In this document: positions 27,966 to 36,506 of the stretch, piece after piece
Position numbering within the stretch: the first letter of the stretch is position 1
How the letters are laid out: each line of letters opens with the position of its first letter
NCBI GenBank assembly: GCA_963735785.1
Contig: CAVTMH010000003.1
Location: 293,708-357,707 of the forward strand
Direction of reading: 5' to 3'
DNA length: 64,000 nucleotides
From: an uncultured Chloroflexia bacterium
Lineage (GTDB): Bacteria; Chloroflexota; Limnocylindria; Limnocylindrales; CSP1-4
The notes under the pieces: generated by a model
Told to the model about the DNA's origin: nothing
Database searches by the model: none
Seen by the model: only the letters and a program-made list of their open reading frames with translations
Translations under genes and position numbers: made by a program

Positions 27966-28835
27966 GTGAGCTTGTATGTGCTGAGCGGGCCCGGTGGGCC
28001 GGGCGATCCGGGCGACCTCATCGCGCCGACGATGGTCGGCGCGTTCGACGGTTGGGTCGATGCCGGCAGCGCCGCCACGACGGCCCTCGGTCAGCTCGTC
28101 GACGATGCGCCGGTCGTCGCGACGTTCGACGCCGACTCGCTCTTCGACTACCGCGCACGCCGCCCGACCCTGCAGATCGTGGACGGGCGACTGGCTGAGC
28201 TGACCTGGCCGGAGCTCGTCCTTCGGCGCCTGCGGGTCGCGGAGCGGGACCTGCTGGTGCTGGCCGGCCCCGAGCCCGACGATCGCTGGCAGGCATTCGG
28301 GACCGCGGTCGTCGAGATCGCCCACCGTCTGGGTGTCGTGGAGTGGGTCAGCCTCGGGGCGATCCCGGCAGCCGTGCCGCATACCCGTTCCGTGCCGATC
28401 CTGGGCACCACCTCGGAACCCGGCCGCCTGCGCGGCGACGTCCGACCGGGACCGGCCGGCTTGTTGCGTGTCCCGGCCGCGGCGGTCAGCGTGCTCGAGA
28501 TGGCCATGGTCGAAGGCGGCATCCCTGCCGTCGGGTACTTCGCCCAGGTGCCCCACTACATCTCGGGGCCGTACCCGGCGGCGTCGGTCGAGCTGCTCGT
28601 CGCCCTGGGGCGTCATCTCGGCGTGGAGCTGCCGCCCGGCGACCTGGCGGACGAGGCGCGCCAGCTGCGCACGCGTCTCGACACGGCGACCGCGCTCGAA
28701 GACACGACGAGGGAGTACATCGAGCGCCTGGAGAGCATGGTCGACGAGGAACGCCTGCCATCGGGCGATGACCTGATCGGGGAGATCGAGCGCTTCCTGC
28801 GCGAGGGCGGCACCGAAGGACGTCCGCAAAGCTGA
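27966..28835 (+). CDS. PAC2 (proteasome assembly chaperone 2-like, Rv2125-type) family protein
   Basis: The start is a GTG (VSLYVLSG…). The translation contains APTMVGAFDGWVDAGSAATTALGQL… and ends EIERFLREGG. Confidence 0.75.
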   Translation: MSLYVLSGPGGPGDPGDLIAPTMVGAFDGWVDAGSAATTALGQLVDDAPVVATFDADSLFDYRARRPTLQIVDGRLAELTWPELVLRRLRVAERDLLVLAGPEPDDRWQAFGTAVVEIAHRLGVVEWVSLGAIPAAVPHTRSVPILGTTSEPGRLRGDVRPGPAGLLRVPAAAVSVLEMAMVEGGIPAVGYFAQVPHYISGPYPAASVELLVALGRHLGVELPPGDLADEARQLRTRLDTATALEDTTREYIERLESMVDEERLPSGDDLIGEIERFLREGGTEGRPQS

Positions 28836-28873
28836 ACTCAGGTCGAACATGACAGGTCCTGTCATGTTCATGC

Positions 28874-29884
28874 GTGTACCCTCGCTCTGTGCGCGCATCA
28901 CGCCTCGTGAACCTGCTCCTCCTGCTCCAGAGCCGAGGCGGCATGACCGCCGCGGAGCTCGCGCGCGAGCTCGAGGTATCCATCCGCACCGTCCATCGCG
29001 ACGTCGAGGAGCTGAGTGCAGCCGGGGTCCCGATCTTCGCGGAGCGCGGTCCGCTCGGCGGCATCAGGCTGGTGGACGGTTACCGGACACGACTGACCGG
29101 CATGACCGCCGACGAGGCCGAGGCACTGTTCCTGGCCGGCCTGCCGGGCCCCGCGGCGCAACTGGGACTCGGCACGGTCGTCGCAGCCGCGCAGCTCAAG
29201 GTGATGGCGGCGCTGCCTCCGGAGCTGCGATCGCGCGCGTCGCGGCTCGTCGAGCAATTCCATCTCGACGTCGCGGGGTGGTTCCACACGGACGAGGCCG
29301 TCCCCCACCTCGCCACATTGTCCGCGGCGGTGTGGGATGGGCGACTGATCCGGATCTCCTACGAACGTGGCACCGGTGGCGGGCCGGTGGACCGCACGGT
29401 CGGGCCGCTGGGACTCGTGCTCAAGGGCGGCATGTGGTACGTGATCGGGGAGGCGGAGGGTCAGATCCGCACCTATCGCGCTTCGCGTGTGCTGGAGGTG
29501 TCGCTGCTCGAGGACCGGGTCGCGCGACCCGACGGCTTCGATCTCGCCGCGTACTGGGCCGAATCGAGCGCGGCCTACGAGCGCGACGTCCCGACCGTCC
29601 AGGTCGTCGTCCGCACGCCCGAGGATCGAGCCTGGCGCATCGCCGATGTGTTCGGCAGGGCGACGCTGGATGCGGCTCAACGGTTGGACGAACCCGATCG
29701 CGACGGCTGGATCCGCCTCCGATTGACGCTGGGCTGGCCCGAGGAAGTGCCGGGCAAGCTGCTCTCGGTCGGGTCGAGCCTGGAGGTGCTCCATCCGCCC
29801 GAGGTTCGCGACCGCGTGAGCGCGACGGCCGGTCGGATCGCCGAGCGCTACCGCGAGGAGGTACCGCTCGACGCCGGTCGCTGA
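28874..29884 (+). CDS. HTH plus WYL-domain transcriptional regulator (YafY/PafBC-like)
   Basis: The translation contains RLVNLLLLLQSRGGMTAAELARELEVSIRTVHRDVEEL and a WYL region (GMWYVIGEAEGQIRTYRASRV). Confidence 0.85.
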   Translation: MYPRSVRASRLVNLLLLLQSRGGMTAAELARELEVSIRTVHRDVEELSAAGVPIFAERGPLGGIRLVDGYRTRLTGMTADEAEALFLAGLPGPAAQLGLGTVVAAAQLKVMAALPPELRSRASRLVEQFHLDVAGWFHTDEAVPHLATLSAAVWDGRLIRISYERGTGGGPVDRTVGPLGLVLKGGMWYVIGEAEGQIRTYRASRVLEVSLLEDRVARPDGFDLAAYWAESSAAYERDVPTVQVVVRTPEDRAWRIADVFGRATLDAAQRLDEPDRDGWIRLRLTLGWPEEVPGKLLSVGSSLEVLHPPEVRDRVSATAGRIAERYREEVPLDAGR

Positions 29885-30173
29885 GGCGTCGGGCCGGGTT
29901 CGAGCCAGCGCTGGCGCCAGCTCGGCCGAGCCGGGCTTGGGGACGATCCGAGGAGGCGACGTGTCCGCATCGCCGACTCGATCTCGCGATCTCGATCTGC
30001 CTGGATGGTGCGGGTCAACTCGATCAGGTCCATGCCGGCACTCTGACAGCGGTACATGCCGATTCCCGTCATATATGCGGATGACGCAGTCCACGTGGAC
30101 AGGCCGAATCACCGCCTGACCGCTCGACGTCCCCAAACATCCGAGCGGCCAGCGGCGATTCGATCGTGTATGC

Positions 30174-30202
30174 AGTTGTTCTTCAGTTGTTCTTCAGTTG
30201 TG
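30174..30202. repeat. short tandem repeat (cagttgttctt, 2.6 copies) in an AT-richer intergenic island
   Basis: The sequence is cagttgttcttcagttgttcttcagttgtg. Nearby are the inverted repeat ggatgccgg…ccggcatcc (30227-30256) and the hairpin cgtcatatatgcggatgacg (30073-30092). Confidence 0.7.
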
Positions 30203-30393
30203 AGCACCGTTCGGACCACCGTCCGGTCAGGATGCCGGCTCCGCCGCCGCCCGGCATCCCGCCGGAGGGTCGACGCGCCGCCGGTCGAAGGTCTCGTTGT
30301 CCGGCGGTCCGTTTTCGTGCTGAGGTCAAGGTAGGAGCCGATCGCCCCAGCGCCACTCGGCGTCCGTCATGAACTCGACATGGACATCCGTCC

Positions 30394-30939
30394 ATGTCGG
30401 TCGGGCATGGCAGGGCAGCGCCGTACACTCGCTGGATGGACAGGCCGATCGAAGGCGACGTCATCGGCGCCAGTCGCGCGGAACGCTTCCGGGCTGCGGA
30501 GCGACGGATCGGACGGGTGACGCACGTACTCGACGAGCTCGTCGCCGTGCCGGGCACGCCGATCCGTGTCGGGCTCGATCCGATCATCGGGCTCGTCCCG
30601 GTCGTCGGCGACGCCGTGGCCGGGATCGTGGGCGCCTGGGTCATCGGCGAGGCCGCAAGGTTCGGGATCCCGCGGCTCGTCCTCGGCCGGATGATCGTCA
30701 ACCTCGTCGTGGACCTGGCGATCGGGGCGATCCCGCTGTTGGGCGACCTCTACGACGTCGCATTCCGCTCGAACTCGCGGAACCTCGAGTTGTTCCGTCG
30801 CCACGCGCTGGAGCCTGGCGCGTCCACCCGCGGCGAGCAGGCGTTCTTCGTCGGCCTGGTTCTGCTGCTCGTCGGGGTGGTCTGGCTGCTGCTGATGGCG
30901 GTCGGGGCGGTCTGGCAGGTCCTCCAGACCGAGCTCTGA
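30394..30939 (+). CDS. DUF4112 domain membrane protein
   Basis: The translation contains …LDELVAVPGTPIRVGLDPIIGLVPVVGDAVAGIVGAWVI…. An alternative start is the ATG at 30436. Confidence 0.7.
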   Translation: MSVGHGRAAPYTRWMDRPIEGDVIGASRAERFRAAERRIGRVTHVLDELVAVPGTPIRVGLDPIIGLVPVVGDAVAGIVGAWVIGEAARFGIPRLVLGRMIVNLVVDLAIGAIPLLGDLYDVAFRSNSRNLELFRRHALEPGASTRGEQAFFVGLVLLLVGVVWLLLMAVGAVWQVLQTEL

Positions 30940-30966
30940 GGCACGGACCCCGGCTGGCGAGCCGCT

Positions 30967-31944
30967 CTAGCCCGCCGACGCGATCCGCGGCACCCCGGAA
31001 CGCGCGACCTTCGCCTCGAAGCGCGTGGCCGCCGCGTCCAACGAGGCGAGGTGTTCGGCGAGCCGCCGGCGTGCTTCCTCGGCGGCCGCGTCCAGCCCCT
31101 CGAGCTCGAAGATGCGCCAGTGGCGCAGGATCGGCAGGAGGACCTCGTCGTGGTGGACACGCAGGTCGTAGATCCCGGCCTTGGCGATCTGGGCGGCCTT
31201 GCGGATGAAGCCCGGGATGCCGGCGCCCGGCATCTCGAATGCCAGCACCTCGTCGACGATGGCCCGCACGGCCGCCGACGGCTGGACCTTCAGGGCGGCC
31301 GCGAGGATGTCCCGGTAGAAGACCATGTGCAGGTTCTCGTCCGCCGCGATGCGGATCATGATCTTGTCGGCGACGGGATCGTCCGAGTAGCGGCCCGTGT
31401 TGCGATGTGCGATGCGCGTCGCGAGCTCCTGGAAGGCGACGTAGGCCAGGCCGCGCAGGGTCGTCGGGGAGTCGTGGTCGTAGCCCTGCTGGAGCTGGGT
31501 CATCCGCCCGCGCTCGAGCAGGATCGGGTCGATGTTGCGGGTGACCGTGAGGTAGTCGCGCAGGACGATCGCGTGCCGCCCCTCCTCGGCCGTCCAGCGC
31601 CCGACCCAGTTGATCCAGGCGCCGTCGCCCCGACCGAACATGCCGTGGATGAGCCGGTGGTACGAGGGCAGGTTGTCCTCGGTCAGGAGGCCGATCTCGA
31701 ACGCCGTCTGGGCGACGCCGGTCAGGCGCGGCTGGTCGGGCGTCCAGGGCTCCTTGTCGAAGTCGCGCCCGAGTCGGTACGGGATGTAGTCGTGGGGGAA
31801 CCACTCCTGGGCGACCCTGGCGTGGCGGTCATACAGGCGGCCGGCCTCCGGTTCCAGCTCCACGAGCAGGGCCTGATCCATGGCGAGCGCCTCGGCGGCA
31901 TCGAACTCCTCGCCGGGCTCGAGCCGGCGCGCTGTGTCGGTCAT
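30967..31944 (-). CDS. acyl-ACP desaturase (soluble di-iron desaturase, DesA-like)
   Basis: The translation contains WTAEEGRHAIVLRDYL…ELATRIAHRNTG…DENLHMVFYRD, the di-iron EXXH motifs. Confidence 0.85.
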   Translation of the reverse strand: MTDTARRLEPGEEFDAAEALAMDQALLVELEPEAGRLYDRHARVAQEWFPHDYIPYRLGRDFDKEPWTPDQPRLTGVAQTAFEIGLLTEDNLPSYHRLIHGMFGRGDGAWINWVGRWTAEEGRHAIVLRDYLTVTRNIDPILLERGRMTQLQQGYDHDSPTTLRGLAYVAFQELATRIAHRNTGRYSDDPVADKIMIRIAADENLHMVFYRDILAAALKVQPSAAVRAIVDEVLAFEMPGAGIPGFIRKAAQIAKAGIYDLRVHHDEVLLPILRHWRIFELEGLDAAAEEARRRLAEHLASLDAAATRFEAKVARSGVPRIASAG

Positions 31945-32080
31945 GCGGTCTCCTGGTCGACGTTGCTCGGCCAGTGCCAGGCTCGAAGCGACGATGTCGC
32001 CCAAGCGTAGCCGGGATCGATCAAAGCGCCGCGAGACACGTGCGCACCTGCACGGGTCGTGGGGCGCTAGACTCCGGCGC

Positions 32081-32867
32081 GATGCCCCCTCCGCGCCACG
32101 TGACCGCCACCCGCTATGTCACGCCCCTGCGCGAGGGCGGCTCGCTCCCGGGTCTCGTCGAGGCCGACGACGACGGCCTGTACGTCGTGAAGTTCCGGGG
32201 CGCCGGCCAGGGTCCGCGGGCGCTCGTCGCGGAGTGGCTCGCCGGCGAGATCGGCCGGGCGCTCGGGCTGCCGGTGCCGGAGATCGTGACGGTCGAGGTC
32301 GACGGCAGCCTTGGTGACGCGGAACCCGACGAGGAGCTCCAGGACCTCGTCCATCGCAGCGACGGCCTGAACCTCGGACTCGATTTCCTGCCCGGCGCCC
32401 TGACGTTCAACCCGGGCGCCTCGCCGCAGGTCGATCCCGAGGCCGCCGCGGCGGTCGTCTGGCTCGACGCGTTCACGACCAATCCCGACCGGACGGCGGG
32501 CAACCCGAACCTGCTGATCTGGCACGGCCGAACCTGGTTGATCGACCACGGCGCGGCGCTCTACGTCCACCACACCTGGCGCGACCCCGACACGCACGCG
32601 GAGCGGCCGTTCGAGCGCAGCCGGGACCATGTGCTGCTGCCCTTCGCGGGACCCATCGACGAGGCCGACGAGCGCGTGGCGCAGGCGCTCGATCGTGGGC
32701 TGTTCGAGCGGCTGGTCGGCGCGATCCCCGATCAGTGGCTGCCCGACGACGCGATCGCCGGGGACGCCGACGCCCAGCGGGCGGCATATGTGCGCTACCT
32801 GGAGCGACGGCTCGCCCGACGGCGACCATTCGTGGAGGAGGCCGAGCGTGCCCGACGAGCCGCGTAG
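32081..32867 (+). CDS. HipA-like serine/threonine kinase catalytic-domain protein (short; lacks the HipA N-terminal domains)
   Basis: The translation contains …LYVVKFRGAGQGPRALVAEWLAGEIGRALGLPVPEI… with a catalytic-loop-like FTTNPDRTAGNPNLLIWHGRTWLIDHGAAL (NxDRxxxN, IDHG). Confidence 0.6.
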
Positions 32868-33237
32868 CCCCTATCAGTACGCGATTATCCGCGTCGTCCC
32901 GCGCGTGGACCGCGGTGAATGCCTCAACGTCGGGGTCGTGCTGCTGTGCCGCCCGACACCGTTCATCGGGGCGCGCACGGAGCTCAACGAGCAGCGGCTG
33001 GCAGCCCTCGCGCCCAACACGGACCCGGCAACCGTTCGACCGCACCTGGTCGCGATCGAACGAGTCGCGCGAGGCGACCCGGAGGGCGGACCGATCGCGG
33101 GGCTCACGATGCCCGAGCGGTTCCATTGGCTGGTGTCGCCGGCCAGCACCATCATCCAGCCGTCCCCGGTCCACACCGGGCTGACCGACGATCCGGCCGC
33201 CGAACTCGAGCACCTGTTCGAGACGTTGGTGCGCTAG
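32848..33237 (+). CDS. DUF3037 domain protein
   Basis: The GTG start is 7 nt after GGAGGAGG and lies inside the last 20 bp of the kinase gene. The translation contains YQYAIIRVVPRVDRGECLNVGVVLLC. Confidence 0.75.
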   Translation: MPDEPRSPYQYAIIRVVPRVDRGECLNVGVVLLCRPTPFIGARTELNEQRLAALAPNTDPATVRPHLVAIERVARGDPEGGPIAGLTMPERFHWLVSPASTIIQPSPVHTGLTDDPAAELEHLFETLVR

Positions 33238-33803
33238 ACCTCGAGCCGCGCCTGGATCGCGCGGAGCGCCTCTGCGAGCGTGCCGCTGCCGGACGTGCAC
33301 GCCGCCGCCACCAGGATCTCCATCTCGGAGCCGGGCACGCCCGTGAGCACGGATACGCATGCCATGCGAACCCGCTCGGCGAGGACGCTGGCTTCGTTCG
33401 ACAGGGTCTCCGGAAGCAACAGGTGGAACCGGTCCGGCGCGACGCGGGCCACGCGGTCGGTCTCGCGTGCCTGCCCTCGGATGGCGACGCCGATCCGCGA
33501 TGCATACCGGTCGATGGCGCCGGAGCCGACAGTCATCAGGCGGACGGCCATCACGGCCGCCGGGCGGCCGTAGCGAGCCACGCGCGCGTCCTCGAGTCGG
33601 AGCGCGATCTCCCAGTCATTCCGCGTGTCCAGGGGCGGGACGCGGCGCGCCGGACGGAGGCCCTCGGCGCGAAGGTGACGTGCGCGACGGCCACGCCGAG
33701 CTCGGACGGACGGGCCCTGGAGGAATGCTTCGATGTGCTCGCCGACCCGTTCGTCATGGGGATCGTCGGGCAGGACGAAGCGGGGGCGTCGCGCCGGTCG
33801 GGC
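33234..33803 (-). CDS. hypothetical protein (possibly a degenerate GGDEF-like fold); start unresolved
   Basis: A protein-like segment reads …RVAPDRFHLLLPETLSNEASVLAERVRMACVSVLTG…. The upstream part of the ORF running to 34127 is Arg/Pro/Ser junk. Confidence 0.3.
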   Translation of the reverse strand, partial: ARPARRPRFVLPDDPHDERVGEHIEAFLQGPSVRARRGRRARHLRAEGLRPARRVPPLDTRNDWEIALRLEDARVARYGRPAAVMAVRLMTVGSGAIDRYASRIGVAIRGQARETDRVARVAPDRFHLLLPETLSNEASVLAERVRMACVSVLTGVPGSEMEILVAAACTSGSGTLAEALRAIQARLEV

Positions 33804-33909
33804 GTTCGGGCGATCGGGCGGCGGCGAGCCTGCGGGAAATTCGGACACGGTCGGCCAGTCTAGCCGGGTCGGCCGGTTCAGGCCGACGGGCGCCGATGCA
33901 GGGTCCGGA

Positions 33910-35457
33910 TCAGACGCTGACGGCGAGTGATGGACGGCTGGACCGGGTCGCCGGCGTGTAGGCCGCCCATGCCGCGGCCAGCCGCTCGACCCCGTCGACC
34001 AGCCGGTCGGGCTCCGAGCCGTAGGCGATCCGGATGTGATCGCGGAAGCCGCCGTCCGGCGAGGCGAGCGGTCCCGGTCGCACCACCACCCCGAGTGTCG
34101 CGGCCAGGCGGCTGAATGCGACCGCATCCGCCCCCGGCAACCGGACCCAGAGCGAGAGACCGCCCCTCGGCTCCTTCCACGTCCAGTCCGGCAGCCGCTC
34201 CGCCAGTGCCGCCATCAACACGCGGCGCCGCTCGGCACCGGCCCCCCGGCTCCGTGCTGCGACCTCGTCGAGCCGTTCGAACACGCGCGCCCCGATCGCC
34301 TGCGTGATCAGGCTCGACGAATGGTCCGCGACGATCTTGCCCGCAACGAGGCGGTCGATGACGGCGCGCGGCGCCCGGACCCAACCGACCCGCAGACCAC
34401 CCCAGGCGAGCTTGCTCAGGGAGCCCACGGTGATGACCCGATCGCCGGGATCGAAGGCGGCGATCGGTGGCGGGCTGTCGACACCGAGCGTGAGGTCGGG
34501 GGTGAGATCTTCGACGACCAGGAAGTCCGCTTCCCCGGCCATTCGGGCAAGCTCACGTCGTCGGGTCTCGGGCATGACGGCGCCGGTCGGGTTCTGGAAC
34601 GTGGGGATCACGTAGATGAGACGGACCGGTGTGCTCGTCCCGAGGAGGCCGATCACGTCGACCCGTCCTCCATCGTCGTCGACAGGGATCGGGATGAGCC
34701 GGTTGCCGGTCGTGCGGAAGGCGTCGATGGCCCCGATGTAGCTGGGGTTCTCCATGACGACGGACGTCCCGGGTCCACCGAGCTGCGAACCGATGAGGTG
34801 GAGCGCCTGCTGGGCCCCGCTCGTGACCAGGATCTGGTCCGCATCCGTCGGCACGCCGAGGCGCGCGAGATAGCCGGCGATGCGATCGCGCAGGGCCGGC
34901 AGGCCGAACGGGTCGTAGCCGGTGTCGCGCAGCAGTGCCGGCAGGTCGTCACGCACGGCCTCGGCCATCGCGTCCGCCACGATCGATCCTGCGGGGAGTG
35001 CGCCGATGGTCAGCTCGATGGCGTCGTCGAGGAGCGGGGTCAGCAGCCCGACAGCGGGGGCGGCCGTGGCCGTCGGCATGAGGACGGCGTCCGAATCCGT
35101 GGCGTCCAGCGGCGCGAGATAGGCCTGTGTCAGGCCGGGCCGTCGGGCGGCCACCCGCGTGCCGCTGCCCTGGCGGCTGCGAGCGAGACCGGCAAGGCGG
35201 AGGCGGTCGTAGGCGGCAACGATCGTCGTGCGGCTCAGGGCGAGCTCGCGGGCGAGCTCGCGCTCCGCGGGCAGGCGGGTCCCGGGTGGGAGCAGACCCA
35301 GATCGATCGCGCGGGCGAGGGCCTCTGCCAGCTGCTCGTTCAGCGGGTCGGCCCCATCCGCCCACGGGCCGATGAGGTCCACGAGGCTGGCCGCGGAGAC
35401 TGTCGATTGCCTTTTCAGTCCACTTGAGGTGGATTGGCTATTGGACTGGTCTGTCAT
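33910..35457 (-). CDS. MocR-family (GntR HTH plus class-I aminotransferase-like) transcriptional regulator
   Basis: The HTH reads LARELALSRTTIVAAYDRL. The PLP-enzyme-like domain contains …SLSKLAWGGLRVGWVRAPRA…. The start is taken as the ATG at 35457. The ORF-track start at 35544 is an alternative. Confidence 0.8.
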   Translation of the reverse strand: MTDQSNSQSTSSGLKRQSTVSAASLVDLIGPWADGADPLNEQLAEALARAIDLGLLPPGTRLPAERELARELALSRTTIVAAYDRLRLAGLARSRQGSGTRVAARRPGLTQAYLAPLDATDSDAVLMPTATAAPAVGLLTPLLDDAIELTIGALPAGSIVADAMAEAVRDDLPALLRDTGYDPFGLPALRDRIAGYLARLGVPTDADQILVTSGAQQALHLIGSQLGGPGTSVVMENPSYIGAIDAFRTTGNRLIPIPVDDDGGRVDVIGLLGTSTPVRLIYVIPTFQNPTGAVMPETRRRELARMAGEADFLVVEDLTPDLTLGVDSPPPIAAFDPGDRVITVGSLSKLAWGGLRVGWVRAPRAVIDRLVAGKIVADHSSSLITQAIGARVFERLDEVAARSRGAGAERRRVLMAALAERLPDWTWKEPRGGLSLWVRLPGADAVAFSRLAATLGVVVRPGPLASPDGGFRDHIRIAYGSEPDRLVDGVERLAAAWAAYTPATRSSRPSLAVSV

Positions 35458-35523
35458 TGCGGCGCATGATGCGGGAGATAACAGTCCAATGTCAAGGCAC
35501 CGTTGAATCGACGCCATTGGACT
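35433..35523. promoter_or_regulatory. four copies of ATTGG(A/C)CT (two direct, one inverted, one direct) around the MocR start and the divergent promoter region
   Basis: attggct, attggact (35433-35447), agtccaatg (35483-35491) and cattggact (35515-35523). A 9-bp inverted repeat AGTCCAATG-N23-CATTGGACT sits in the 85-bp divergent gap. Confidence 0.4.
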
Positions 35524-35542
35524 GGAAAGGAACGGCGAAGAC

Positions 35543-35698
35543 ATGATGCTCGATCAGGTCGTGGCCGCCGTCGCTGTGGCCGCTTTGTTCATCGCGATGC
35601 TCGTGGCTTTTGCGGTCGCGGCGCTCCGCTTCGGCGTCGACTCCCGTCCCGGCATCGACGATCCGGATCGGCGTCCCTGGCTCGTACCGAGCCGCTGA
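35543..35698 (+). CDS. 51-aa hydrophobic (single transmembrane) peptide, divergent from the MocR regulator
   Basis: The peptide is MMLDQVVAAVAVAALFIAMLVAFAVAALRFGVDSRPGIDDPDRRPWLVPSR. A GGAAAGGA Shine-Dalgarno-like sequence sits 11 nt upstream. A terminator hairpin follows directly. It is absent from the ORF track because it is under 60 aa. Confidence 0.45.
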   Translation: MMLDQVVAAVAVAALFIAMLVAFAVAALRFGVDSRPGIDDPDRRPWLVPSR

Positions 35699-35720
35699 GG
35701 TAACAACCCCGCGCAGACGG

Positions 35721-35756
35721 ACGACCCCGGCTTCGGGTGCCGGGGTCGTTTCGTGT
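35721..35756 (+). terminator. intrinsic terminator after the small peptide gene
   Basis: acgaccccggc-ttcgggt-gccggggtcgt is followed by ttcgtgt. Confidence 0.6.
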
Positions 35757-35812
35757 CCGGCCGGCCTGCCGCCGAAGCCGCGCATCCCCTGCGGCACCCG
35801 TGGCGGCCGAGG

Positions 35813-36385
35813 TCAGCTCTTGGCGGCCGTGCGCTGCGCCGCCTTCATCGCGCGCTTGCCCGCCTGATAGGACGCAAGCGCCTCTGGCGAGTCGACATCG
35901 CCGAGCGTGGGGTGCGTGGGCATGGCTGCATCGAGTCCCGGGAGCTCGAGGCCCAGGCGCTTGCCCAGGATCGCGACGATGGCGGCGGCCTTCATCTCCC
36001 CGATGCCGGGCAGGGCGAGCAGCCGCCGCTTGAGGTCGGCGCCGTCGGTCGCCTCCGTCCAGATCCTGGCGGGATCGTTGTCGTACGTGGTCGCGATGGT
36101 GGCGGCGAGCTGCTGGACCTTGCCGGCCATGGAGCCCGGGAACCGGTGGAGGGCCGGTGGCTTGCGGAACACGGCGTCCAGCTCGGCGGGATCGGTCGCA
36201 GCCAACTTCGCGGCATCGAGGTGGCCGACGCGGCGCTGCAGCTCGAGCGGTCCGCTGAACGCCTTCTGCACGGTGACCTGCTGGTCGAGGGCGAAACCGA
36301 TGAGCAGCGCCAGGGGCTCCGAGACGAGCAGCCGGTCGGCCTCGTCGTCGCCGGTGAACGGAAGTCGGTCGGTCGTCGTGGTCAT
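35813..36385 (-). CDS. HhH-GPD family base-excision DNA repair protein
   Basis: The ATG (MTTTTDRLPFTGDDEADRLL…) is at 36385. The helix-hairpin-helix reads LLALPGIGEMKAAAIVAILGKRLG. Confidence 0.75.
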   Translation of the reverse strand: MTTTTDRLPFTGDDEADRLLVSEPLALLIGFALDQQVTVQKAFSGPLELQRRVGHLDAAKLAATDPAELDAVFRKPPALHRFPGSMAGKVQQLAATIATTYDNDPARIWTEATDGADLKRRLLALPGIGEMKAAAIVAILGKRLGLELPGLDAAMPTHPTLGDVDSPEALASYQAGKRAMKAAQRTAAKS

Positions 36386-36506
36386 CGCGCCATGGTACGG
36401 CCGCCGGCTTTGCCGGGCCACGGTACCTGAGTCGGAGATGCCAGTGGCCGGACGTGCCGAGGCCCGGCTCGACGCCGGGCCTCGATGTGGGTCGGAGCGG
36501 GACGGC

